Assembly: GCA_965249135.1 (NCBI GenBank)
Contig: OZ252220.1
Location: 768,001-832,000, forward strand
Direction of reading: 5' to 3'
Length of the DNA: 64,000 nt
Source: Alphaproteobacteria bacterium
GTDB lineage: Bacteria > Pseudomonadota > Alphaproteobacteria > GCA-2746255
Under the pieces are notes generated by a model. That model was not told the origin of the DNA. It ran no database searches and saw only the letters and a program-made list of their open reading frames with translations. The position numbers were made by a program, and so were the translations under genes. Shown here piece by piece: positions 54,921 through 64,000 of the stretch (positions are counted from its first letter, which is position 1; every line of letters begins with the position of its first letter).

Positions 54921-55693
54921 GGCGGGTCCTTGCCATCGGTTGTTTCCTCGCCCTCTTCGCCGGGGAACTGGCGGCCATGGTGCCACCGGTTACGCTGGCC
55001 CGCACGGCGGCGCTCTTTACCGCCGGGCGCTTCCTCGAGGCGGTCGAGGCCGGTCGCCACCTCGGCACGCCGGAAGCCCTGGCGCTCGCCGCGCGGGCCA
55101 GCGCCTGCCGCGCCACCCACCTCGCCACGGCCAGCGCGCGACTCGAGGGTTTCCGCGACATCGCCCGCCTCGCCCGCGCCGCCCTTTCCCGCGACCCGGC
55201 GAACCGGGAGGCTCGTCTCCAGCTGGTGATCGCCCTTGGCTACCTTGCCCGTGCCGAGACCGCAATCGATGCGCACCTCGCCGGCTATGCAGACGAAGCA
55301 AGACGGCACCTGGAAGTGGCGATCGAACGCGGATCCGTGACGCCCTGGGCCTGGGCCGTACTGGGGGCATGGCACGCCGAGATCATCTCCCGCGCCGGGC
55401 CGGCCCTTGGCCGCTCCCTCTACGGGGCGAACGCAAGGAGCGCGGTCGTGAATTTCGAACGCGCCGTTCGCGCGGAGCCAACGAACCTGATCATCCATTA
55501 CGAATTCGCCCGCGCGCTCATGCGACTGGACCCCGCGGAAAATGCCGCCCGCGCCCGCAAGCAACTTAACCTTGCGACGGCACTTTCGCCACGGAATGCC
55601 TGCGAACGGCTCTTCTTGAGGCAGGCCTATCGTTTTCGAACGGTGATGGGTCTCGGCGATCGGCAGACCGTCGAGGCCGCGCTCATGCGATGA
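54917..55693 (+). CDS. exported TPR-like helical protein
   Basis: signal-peptide-like N-terminus; repeated A...DP.N / FERAV..EP.N helix pairs; ATGA-coupled to the lipoprotein. Confidence 0.7.
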   Translation: MRRVLAIGCFLALFAGELAAMVPPVTLARTAALFTAGRFLEAVEAGRHLGTPEALALAARASACRATHLATASARLEGFRDIARLARAALSRDPANREARLQLVIALGYLARAETAIDAHLAGYADEARRHLEVAIERGSVTPWAWAVLGAWHAEIISRAGPALGRSLYGANARSAVVNFERAVRAEPTNLIIHYEFARALMRLDPAENAARARKQLNLATALSPRNACERLFLRQAYRFRTVMGLGDRQTVEAALMR

Positions 55694-55741
55694 GTGCGCT
55701 TTCGCTTCCCGCACCCCCCGTCCCCTAGGGAGAACCGCTCC

Positions 55742-56095
55742 ATGGAACTTCCGTTACAGATCAGCTTCCGAAACATGGACCCGTCGGAAGCCGTCGAGGC
55801 AAACGTCCGGGAGAAAGCGGAAAAGCTCGAGCGTTTCTTCGACCGGATCACGAGCTGCCGCGTCGTCATCGAGGCGCCCCACCGCCACCATCACAAGGGC
55901 AAGCTCTACAACGTGCGGATCGATCTGGCCGTGCCGGGAAAAGAGCTCGTCGTCACCCATAGCGGGCCCAAGAACCACGCCCACGAAGACGTCTACGTGG
56001 CGATCCGGGACGCCTTCGGCGCGGCCGTCCGGCAATTGGAGGACCATGTGCGAAAGATCGATCCGAAAAGACGGAAGTCGCACGAAACGTCCTAA
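55742..56095 (+). CDS. HPF/RaiA-family ribosome-associated protein
   Basis: LQISFRNMDPSEAVE, KLERFFDRITSCRVVIE, HEDVYVAIRDAF. Confidence 0.88.
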   Translation: MELPLQISFRNMDPSEAVEANVREKAEKLERFFDRITSCRVVIEAPHRHHHKGKLYNVRIDLAVPGKELVVTHSGPKNHAHEDVYVAIRDAFGAAVRQLEDHVRKIDPKRRKSHETS

Positions 56096-56154
56096 GCCCA
56101 AGCAAAGCCCAGCCAGAGGCTTCCCCTTGGCCTGCGCCGCCGGCTGTTTCTACC

Positions 56155-56789
56155 TTACGCGTCCGGCGACGGCGTCAGCCGCAGATAGGGCTTCAACGCC
56201 TTCCATCCCTTCGGAAATTTTTTCTTCGCCTCTTCGTCCGACAGCGACGGCACGATGATGACATCCTGGCCATGGGTCCAGTTCACCGGCGTCGCCACGC
56301 TGAACCGATCCGTCAATTGCATCGAGTCGATGACGCGGAGGATCTCGGCAAAGTTCCGGCCCGTCGTCTGCGGATAGATGATCATCAGCCGGATTTTCTT
56401 GTTCGGATCGATGATGAAGACGGTGCGAACCGTGTACACCTCGTCATGGGCAGGGTGCATCATGCCGTACAGGCTGGCCACCTTCCGATCGGGATCCGCG
56501 AGGATGGGGAAGTTCAGCGCCGTGCCCTGGGTTTCCGCGATGTCCTTCGCCCAATCCTTATGGGAATCGACGGCATCGATGGAAAGGCCGATCACCTTGA
56601 CGTTCCGCTTCTCGAATTCTGACCGAAGGCGCGCCACCTCGCCCAATTCCGTCGTGCAGACCGGCGTGAAGTCCTTCGGGTGGGAAAAAGAACCGCCCAG
56701 CCGTCGCCGATCCAGTCGTGAAAGCGGATGCGCCCGTCCGTCGTCACGGCCTCGAAATCGGGCGCCGTATCGCCGAGATGAAGTGCCAT
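56155..56789 (-). pseudogene. 1-Cys peroxiredoxin (Prx6), frameshift in A5 run 56685-56689
   Basis: MALHLGDTAPDF...WAVLF in one frame, SHPKDFTPVCTTE...GRNF.EILRV.DS in the other; adding one T restores LFSHP. Confidence 0.88.
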
Positions 56790-56942
56790 GCCTGCCTCCC
56801 TGTTTGGCGTGCCCGCATTGGCCTTCGTAAGCCACGCGAACAGCGTGGCGTTTGTATATGCACGATCCTGTGGAACGGTCTCGGAATCTAGCGCCGATCG
56901 CCCCTTCCTGCCACCTCGTAATCGGAAAAACCGTGCGAGGCC

Positions 56943-58682
56943 TCAGAAGGTCGCCTGAAGGCTGAAGAAGAAGCGCATGCTGTTATCGCCTTCCGTGAAG
57001 ACAATCGTCGTAAGCGGCAGTGCCGCTTCGAAATTCGCCGTTATATCCCCCCAAATCCTTGCCCGAACCCCAAGCCCAGTCGAGCTCAGCGAATTCCGGC
57101 GGCTGTCCTTGTCCCAAACGGCGCCAAGGTCGTAGAAACCATAGAGCTGATAGGCTTTCACGACCTCCCACGCCACGGAACGGCCGTACTGAAGCTCGAG
57201 GATGCCTCCCAGCCCGTCGACGCCGACGAGCTCGGACGGGTCGTAGGCGCGGCCGAAACGGGTGCCGCCGAGCCGAAATTCTTCCGCGGAAAGAAGGGCG
57301 TGGGCGGATCGCTGGCCAGCGACGAAGAGGCTCATGCCCAACTCATTCGTGATCTTCTGGTAGCGGTAGACGTCCGCCGTCACCTTCGTGAAATCGCTGC
57401 GCCCGCGAAAACGGGAAAGATTCGAAGCCCCCTCCTTCGATTCACCAAGGATTTTGAGCCCCCGGCTGATCTCGAGGCCGATTTGGTTCGTGCCTTGGTA
57501 CTCGCTCCCGAGAAGGGTGTCGCCGAAGTAGTAGTAGCGTCCGCCCAGACGCAGCACCCGAAGGCGATCATCGAAGGTCTCGAAGCCGAGCTGCTCCTCA
57601 TCGGAGTTCAGGTAATCGAACCGGGCATGCAGGGTGAGGCTTTCTTCGCGCGAGCGGACGAGTGGGTGCCGCACCTCGAGGCTTATGCGCGTGCCCATGC
57701 TTTCCACGCCGAAGACCTCGAGATCCGCCCCGGAATCGACGAAGCTTTGGGAGCCTGAAAGGATGACCCTCGTGCCGTCGGAACCGATCGCCTGCTCATG
57801 CTGGCCCTCGAAATAGAGGAGTTCGTCCGGCGAATCCGGGATCGTATAGAAGGTAAGCCGGGTTCGCTCGAGCATGCCGAACAGCGAGTTGAAATCCACC
57901 GCCACATAGCCTTGCAGCCGCCCGACGTCCGGCGTGCCCCGATTGTCGAGGCCGGCATAGCCCTCCACCGGATCGTGATGAAGGGTGAGGTGAAGCTCAT
58001 AGGTCCCCGCCTCCGGGTCCACTTGCCGTATGGCAGAACGCATCCGAAGGCCGGGCAGGTCGTTCAGAAGAAGGATGGTGCGCTCCAGCGCCGCCAGGGT
58101 GGTGGGGCGAACGCTGGTGAGCCTTGCCGCGTGGCGCGCAAGCAACGCCTCCCCGCCCGGCTGGTCCCCATCGAAGACGACGCGCTCCACATAGCCCTCG
58201 ATGATGCGGATGCGAAGAACCCCCCCATCCAGGCTCTGGGACGGTGCGACCGCCCGGGAAAGCACGTAGCCCGTCTTTCGGTATTTTTCGGTGATCGCCC
58301 CAAGCACGGTCTCGACGTCCCCAAGCGTAATCTCGCGGCCAAGGATGTCCGCATAAAGCTCCGCGAATTCCGGGGCCTCGAATACGGTGGCCCCTTCGAC
58401 CTCAACCCTTTCGAGAACGAAGGTCTCCACCACCTCCGAGGGCGGCTCGACGATCTCCGGCGGCTCGATTGGCCCGATCTCGGCCGGCGCCCGCTCGGGC
58501 TTCACCAGCCGTTCTTCGATCTGCCCCGCCTCGGAAGAGGGCCGGCTCTGCGCCCACGCCTCCGCCATCGCTCCCAGCGACCAAAGGACGCCAAAGGCGA
58601 TCAGGAAACGAAGGAAAGGCGTTCCGTCGAACCACACGCGGTTAACGAAACGCGGCTCTTTTTTGCCCGGTTTGGTTAACAA
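56943..58682 (-). CDS. ShlB/FhaC/HecB (TpsB/Omp85-type) outer-membrane protein
   Basis: signal peptide, POTRA motifs (VEGATVF, ITEKYRKTGY.LSRA..P.Q, LLNDLPGL), DNRGT, GGTRFGRAYD, C-terminal Phe; start uncertain. Confidence 0.9.
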   Translation of the reverse strand: MLTKPGKKEPRFVNRVWFDGTPFLRFLIAFGVLWSLGAMAEAWAQSRPSSEAGQIEERLVKPERAPAEIGPIEPPEIVEPPSEVVETFVLERVEVEGATVFEAPEFAELYADILGREITLGDVETVLGAITEKYRKTGYVLSRAVAPSQSLDGGVLRIRIIEGYVERVVFDGDQPGGEALLARHAARLTSVRPTTLAALERTILLLNDLPGLRMRSAIRQVDPEAGTYELHLTLHHDPVEGYAGLDNRGTPDVGRLQGYVAVDFNSLFGMLERTRLTFYTIPDSPDELLYFEGQHEQAIGSDGTRVILSGSQSFVDSGADLEVFGVESMGTRISLEVRHPLVRSREESLTLHARFDYLNSDEEQLGFETFDDRLRVLRLGGRYYYFGDTLLGSEYQGTNQIGLEISRGLKILGESKEGASNLSRFRGRSDFTKVTADVYRYQKITNELGMSLFVAGQRSAHALLSAEEFRLGGTRFGRAYDPSELVGVDGLGGILELQYGRSVAWEVVKAYQLYGFYDLGAVWDKDSRRNSLSSTGLGVRARIWGDITANFEAALPLTTIVFTEGDNSMRFFFSLQATF

Positions 58683-58729
58683 CCACGGCCTCCCCGGCTA
58701 AGGCTGCCCACCGATGAAGGGATTAGATG

Positions 58730-58754
58730 TTAACCAAGATTAAAAAATCGTTAA
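58730..58754. promoter_or_regulatory. CtrA-type binding site in AT-rich divergent promoter
   Basis: TTAA-AAAATCG-TTAA (58740-58754), a perfect TTAA-N7-TTAA, plus TTAACC half site at 58730. Confidence 0.6.
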
Positions 58755-58877
58755 TAGGAACAATTTTAAATAAATTAAAGACAAACACAAAGTAAATACG
58801 AAACGAAACTTATTGAAACCTTTCCTCAATTCGATATTTATTGCATCCAACAGAAAAGTATTTATCGAGGACTGAAA

Positions 58878-60504
58878 ATGCGCTCCACGAATACTAACAC
58901 GCTCCAGGACCGAATCCTGGCGTTCTACGGCGTCCGGGACTGGCCCTTCGCGAGGCAGAAGCAGAAGGCAGCTTCCCCGCATCCGCAGAAGGCGCCGCAT
59001 CCGCAGAAGGCGCCGCATCCGCAGAAGGCGCCGGCGCGCGTGGCGCCCCAGAATCCATTCGGGTTCACGCTAGGGAAGAAGACCGTCGGCGCCGTGCTCG
59101 CGATCCTCGCGATCTTCATCGCCGTGCCCTTCGTCTGGGATTCCCTGGAATCGACGAACGGCCCGGATTGGTTTTTCTCGCACCCGCAAATTGCCTCCAC
59201 CCACGGCCCGGTATCGGGCATGCACACAACGGAGGCTTCGGCGGCGAAGCGTTGGGCGGCAAAGGATTTCAGCGGCGACGTCCGCGTGCAGACGAAGGCC
59301 GACATCTGGCGGCCCATGACGAAACGCCACGGCATCGTTCCCGGCACGCGGATCGAGACCGGAAAGACGGGTCGGATCGTGCTTAGGCAAAAGGGCGACG
59401 TCGTCACCGTTACGCCGAACACCCGTTTCGAGGTTCCGAAGAAAGGCAAGAACAACGTTTGGCTCACCTTCGGCAAGGTGCTGTTCGACATGGAATGCCG
59501 CCCGGATCGGCGCTTCTCCGTCGGCACGCCCTACCTGGCGGCCACCATCAAGGGCACCGTCTTCACGGTGACGGTGGATGCGCTGGGTAGCACGGTCGAT
59601 GTGCATGAAGGCGCGGTACAGGTCGCCTCGTTGAAGAGCAACGACGTCACGATCATCCGGCCCGGTCAACGGGCGAGCGTCACCTCGAGGGGCGGCGGAC
59701 GTCTGACGGTCGGAAAAGGCAGCCCGCCAGCTAAGAAGGTGAAGCCGCCGAAGAACGATCCCAAGGCCACGGCATCCGTTGACGAGAAGGCCGGCGCGCA
59801 ATCGGCCAGTCTCAATTCGAAAGCCACGGCATCCGATGACCGGAAATCTGGCAAGAAGGCCGGCGGGCAGTTGGTTAGCCTCGATCCAAAGGACAACAGC
59901 GGCAAGGGCAAGGGCCGGCTTCTTCGGATCGAATCAACTGACGAGAAGGCCAGCGTGCAATCGGTCAGTCTCAATTCGAAAGCCACGGCATCCGATGACC
60001 GGAAATCTGGCAAGAAGGCCGGTGGGCAGTTGGTTAGCCTCGATCCAAAGGACAACAGCGGCAAGGGCAAGGGCCGGCTTCTTCGGATCGAATCAACGCT
60101 GGGCGTGCAGCGGATCGATATTGGCTCCGTGACGAAGGGCCTTGTCGCGAACTGGACGCCGCCCGGCAACTTCTGGAATTCCGGCAACGGCAAGGACGGC
60201 GGCAGCGCGAATATCTCCAGCGGCGGCCCAAGCAATAGCGGCCCGAGCAATGCCGGCAGCCTCGGCAACAGCGGCGGCGGCGGCCCAAGCAATAGCGGCC
60301 CGAGCAATGCCGGCAGCCTCGGCAACAGCGGCGGCGGCAGCCCAGACAATAGCGGCCCCGGCGCATATGCCTACAGCGGCAGTCCCAGTAACAGTGGCCC
60401 CAGTAACAGTGGCCCCAGTAACAGTGGCCCCGGTGGCGGCGGTCCCGGTGGCGGCGGTCCCGGGTAACAGCGGCGGCAACGGAAAAGGCAAAGGCAAGGG
60501 TTAA
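58878..60504 (+). CDS. membrane-anchored FecR-domain protein with internal repeats and G/S/N/P-rich tail (stop 60467, or 60504 if one G is removed)
   Basis: TM VGAVLAILAIFIAVPFVW; FecR fold IETGKTGRIVL, FSVGTPYLAATIKGTVFTV, VDVHEGAVQV; GAGG RBS. Confidence 0.82.
58977..59030 (+). repeat. 3 x 18-bp in-frame tandem repeat CCGCATCCGCAGAAGGCG (PHPQKA)
   Basis: three identical units read directly. Confidence 0.95.
59780..60097 (+). repeat. 2 x 159-bp (53 aa) near-identical in-frame tandem duplication
   Basis: units start at 59780 and 59939 and differ at only a few positions. Confidence 0.93.
60218..60463 (+). repeat. low-complexity Gly/Ser/Asn/Pro repeats (~57-bp duplication, 3 x CCCAGTAACAGTGGC, GGGGP units)
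   Basis: GGPSNSGPSNAGSLGNSGGG x2, PSNSG x3. Confidence 0.9.
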
Positions 60505-60558
60505 AGGGTTTCGCCATGTTTGTTCTCAAAGCACAACACGTCTCCCCTTGAGAGCCCT

Positions 60559-60595
60559 GGAGGGGGCCTTCATCGCCGGCCCCCTCCCCCTTTTT
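60559..60595 (+). terminator. intrinsic terminator-like hairpin between the FecR gene and the kinase
   Basis: 10-bp stem GGAGGGGGCC / GGCCCCCTCC followed by CCCTTTTT. Confidence 0.6.
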
Positions 60596-60638
60596 CCCTG
60601 GCCTCTGAATTCACCCACCTAGGAAAGAGAGAACCCGT

Positions 60639-62909
60639 ATGAAACGACGCCTGCCACATCTTCTGGTCTTCCTCCTCGTAGCGGTCGTCTATCTCGTCGG
60701 CACCCTCACGCCGGTCGAACACGCCCTCATGGATCTTCGCTTCCGCCTGCTTCCCCAAGAGGCGAGCGGCGAGCTGGTCGTCGTCGAAATCGATGCCCGA
60801 AGCCTGGAGGAACTGGATACTTAGCCATGGCCGCGAAGTTACTATGCCGAGGTCCTAGACCGCCTGTTCGCAGCGGGCGCAACCGAGGTTGCCCTCGACA
60901 TCGATCTGAGCTCAAGCGCCGATCCGGCCGGCGACGCGGCCCTTGCCGCCGCCCTGGAACGGGCGAAGGGCCGCGTCATCCTGCCGGTCTTCGAACAGCC
61001 CGCCTCCCAAGGAAATCCGGAGGCGGACCTTGTTCAAACGAGGCCGCACGAGAGTTTCCGGCGGCACACCCGGCTCGCCTCCGTGAACATGTTTCCCGAT
61101 TCCGACAGTCTGGTCCGTGCCCATTCGAGCGTCGAGCCATGGAGCGATGAGCTCCTGGCCACGATGCCGGCGCTTTTGGCGGGACCCTTGCTCTCGCCGA
61201 TCGGCATTTACACCCTGGACTACGGCATCCGCCCCGCTACCTTGCCCAGGCTTGGTTTTGCCGACGTGCTGAAGGGGAATTTCGAGCCCACCGCCGTGGC
61301 CGGCAAGAAAATCCTCATCGGCACGACCTCCATCCAACTGGGCGATCTCTTGCCCACCCCGGTTTATCGATCTCTGCCGGGGCCCATCATCCAGGCGCTC
61401 GCCTTCGAATCGATTATCCAGGACCGTGCCCTATACCACAGCACGCCGTTGCTAACCCTCGGCCTCGCCCTGATGCTGGTTCTTCTGTTGGGACCGAAGC
61501 TCGCGAAGTGGTCATGGCGGCGGGGACTGGTTGTCGTCGTCGGGGTAAGTGGCGGGATCTTCCTGGTCTCCCTCATCGTACAGGGCAATTTTCCCTTCAG
61601 TCTGAACACGACGCCGCTCATTTTAGGGACGACGCTTTCCTACCTTGTGAGTTTCTTCCACGAATTCGACCAGCAAGCATCCCGTCTTTTGGAGCATCGC
61701 ATGATGATCATGCAGCGGAACGCCATGATGAAATGCGTCGTCGAAGACAGTTTCGACGGTATCGTGATTACCGATGAAACCGGCTGCATCGAGATGTTCA
61801 ATTCCTGCGCCGATAAGATGCTGGGTTATGAATCGGGTGAGGCGCACCACCAGCGGATCGATTCGGTCATTCCGGAGTTGCGGGGAATCGACACCTCCGA
61901 CGGCGAGGAACGCCCTGAGGGGGGCGGTCTTCAGCGCTGGTCGTCTCGTCGGGCCTTACGAACTCGCCCTCCATCGCGAGGACGGCGAAGACCTCGAGGT
62001 CGAACTCGTCGTCAGCACGTCAAAAATGAAGGTCAGCACCCATCTTTTCGAGCGCCGGCAGGAGAGCCGCACCGTTTACGTCTATACCTTCCGCGACATC
62101 GCCGAACGCAAGAAGGCCGAAGCGGCCCAGAGACATGCGGTGGAGGAAGCGCTTTCCGCCAGCCGCGCGAAGTCCGAATTCCTGGCGAATATGAGCCACG
62201 AGCTGCGCACGCCGTTGAACGCCATCATCGGCTTTTCCGAGATTCTAAAGAACGAGATGTTCGGCCCCCACGTCGTTTCCCAGTACAAGGAGTATTCTAG
62301 CGACATCTATCAAAGCGGTGCGTATCTCCTGGATGTCATCAACGACATCTTGGATGTCTCGAAGATCGAATCGGATCAGTTCAACCTTCATGAGCAGCCA
62401 TCTTCGCTTCTGCCGATCCTGGATGCCTCTATCAAGATCGTCGGCCGCCGCGAGGAGGCGCGTGAACTTTCCATCGAGAAGGCGGTCGCACTGGACTTTC
62501 CGATGCTGATGGTGGACGCGCGGGTGCTTCGCCAGATTCTGATCAACCTGCTCAGCAACGCCGTGAAATTCACGGAGCCGGGCGGGATCGTCACCGTCGA
62601 GGCGACGTTGGACGAGGATGGCGCGGCGGTGCTTCGTGTCATCGACACCGGGGTCGGCATTCCGGAGGAAGCCCCCCCCATCTGGAGGAGCCGTTTTACC
62701 AGGCGGACGGGGCCCTGGATCGCAAGCACGAGGGCACCGGGCTTGGCCTGCACCTTGTTTATAAGTTCGTTGCCATGCTGGATGGCACGGTCGACATTCA
62801 GAACACGCTCGGCGCCGGCACGACCGTGACGGTGCGCCTGCCGAAGAAACGCGTCATCGAAAGCGAAAACATCGTGCCGATCCAGGACCAACAGAAAAAA
62901 AGCGCCTGA
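60639..62909 (+). pseudogene. CHASE2-TM-PAS-HisKA-HATPase sensor kinase; TAG 60822-60824, frameshifts at G6 61919-61924 and C8 62672-62679
   Basis: LVVVEIDARSL..DT*PWPR..YA (CHASE2 WPWPR), GKKILIG, DGIVITDE.G.I..FN (PAS), FLANMSHELRTPLNAIIGFSE, NLLSNAVKFT, DTGVGI, EGTGLGL in the last frame. Confidence 0.88.
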
Positions 62910-62940
62910 CCGAATCTTAAGCCGCCGCGAAGCACCCCTT

Positions 62941-63999
62941 CTAGCCCTTGATCAGCTTGGCCTTGCGCAACCGCGCAAGCAGCACGTTGAAGTCACGAAC
63001 GAGGCCCGTGACATCCGTCGCCCGGCTGTTCGCAAGCCCGTCCGCCTGGACGCCGCCGGCGATCCCGAAGGGCTCGAAGCGTGGCGCCTGCACCTTCACG
63101 TCCGCCGACGCCAGGCTCATCGCCGGCGCGTCGTTGACGGTGAAAGCGGGCTTCTCCCCGCTTACCTCCGCGATGAAGGTGTCGAGATCCGCGCCCCCCA
63201 CGTCCGCGCCGACCAGCATGATCGCCAATCCCGGCATGAACCGGTGCATGTGCTTTGGTGCGATGACCGCGACCTCGTTACTGGCCGCGGTGACGGAAAC
63301 CGCAGCCTCATAGGTGGGACCGGCCGGCATGCGTAAATGGTCGTCCTTGTCCGTGCATACCCACCCAAGGGAGCCACCGGATTCCACATTTTCCCTGAAG
63401 ATCAGGTCGCTGCGCTTGTAAACATTGAAGACGGTATGGCCTGGAAGGCGATCCCGCACTTCGATCTGACTGGCCTGCAGATAGATCCCGTTGCTCTGCT
63501 GTTTGTTCGTCCGATAGACGACCTCATGGGCCATTCCCGAGATGCGTTTTTTCTCAGGGTAATCTTCGAAAAGCGCGATCGCATCGCGGATTTGAGAGGC
63601 TGCCGCCGAGAAGTTCGTCCGCCCTTCCTTGGCGAAGACAGCGACGCCGATATCCGTCGGCCGGAAGTAGCCATGGACGTTTTCGAGACGAACGGTCGTG
63701 TTGCCGTGGATAGCCGTCTGGTTGACGAAAATCATCGCCTTTCGCATATCGTGGAGCCGAAGCGGCACATTCAGCTCGATCCGCCCGTCGCTGATGTTGA
63801 AGTTGATCCCTTGCGTGTCCTCAAGCAAAAGGAAGCCTTTTCCCCAATGCGTGCCATCGTAATAGCCCTCCAACTTCGCCGCTTCGGCAAAATAATATCG
63901 ATCCGGGTTGTTATCAAAAGTGAATTGGTTGATGTTGACGGGACGGCTTTCGTGTCGATCATTTGCGGAAAACCGAATGCAAAATCCGCCAATCGAATC
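62941..63999 (-). CDS. phage tailspike/fibre-like protein, 5' part outside window
   Basis: frame is open to the window end; GGSLGWVCT, GADVGGADLDTFI and C-terminal NSRATDVTGLVRDFNVLLARLRKAKLI (head-fibre-like helix). Confidence 0.5.
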   Translation of the reverse strand, partial: DSIGGFCIRFSANDRHESRPVNINQFTFDNNPDRYYFAEAAKLEGYYDGTHWGKGFLLLEDTQGINFNISDGRIELNVPLRLHDMRKAMIFVNQTAIHGNTTVRLENVHGYFRPTDIGVAVFAKEGRTNFSAAASQIRDAIALFEDYPEKKRISGMAHEVVYRTNKQQSNGIYLQASQIEVRDRLPGHTVFNVYKRSDLIFRENVESGGSLGWVCTDKDDHLRMPAGPTYEAAVSVTAASNEVAVIAPKHMHRFMPGLAIMLVGADVGGADLDTFIAEVSGEKPAFTVNDAPAMSLASADVKVQAPRFEPFGIAGGVQADGLANSRATDVTGLVRDFNVLLARLRKAKLIKG

Positions 64000-64000
64000 G

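Noticed and set aside
58977-60463. Repeats as a CRISPR array
   Set aside because: They are tandem, spacerless, in-frame coding repeats, and no cas genes are present
58878-60504. Canonical FecI-FecR-FecA iron signalling
   Set aside because: No ECF sigma, TonB-dependent receptor or Fur/Irr box was recognised; the architecture is the non-anti-sigma FecR type

Overview
GC-rich alphaproteobacterial (Rhodospirillales-like) chromosomal segment. The first ~40 kb is mostly conserved housekeeping synteny: surA-pdxA-rsmA, gmk, fabD-fabG-acpP-fabF-mltG, rpsF-rpsR-DUF2232-rplI-cfa-dnaB-alr-mlaEF-radA-cvpA-purF-SDR, yfgM-bamB-der, hemA, CDF-pdxH-yihY, fabI-aroC, xseB-ispA-dxs-tlyA and an RND pair. The last ~24 kb is accessory. 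It holds an NtrC/sigma54-type TorF porin, scattered sulfane-sulfur genes (YeeE/YedE pair, persulfide dioxygenase, rhodanese, SseA), surface-modification genes (GT-C-like, FkbM, LpxR), an unknown HxCGCYH lipoprotein with a TPR-like partner, and a phage tailspike-like gene at the window edge. The best candidate for an undescribed system is at 56.9-62.9 kb: an orphan TpsB (ShlB/FhaC) barrel divergent from a repeat-expanded FecR-domain membrane protein and a CHASE2-PAS histidine kinase, with a perfect CtrA-type box in the shared promoter and no TpsA, ECF sigma or TonB receptor nearby. Nine reading-frame lesions (6 indels, 3 in-frame stops) fall in six non-essential genes while the core genes are intact, and several short tandem duplications occur. 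No rRNA, tRNA, CRISPR or IS element was recognised. All calls come from motif recognition and synteny; no database search was run.
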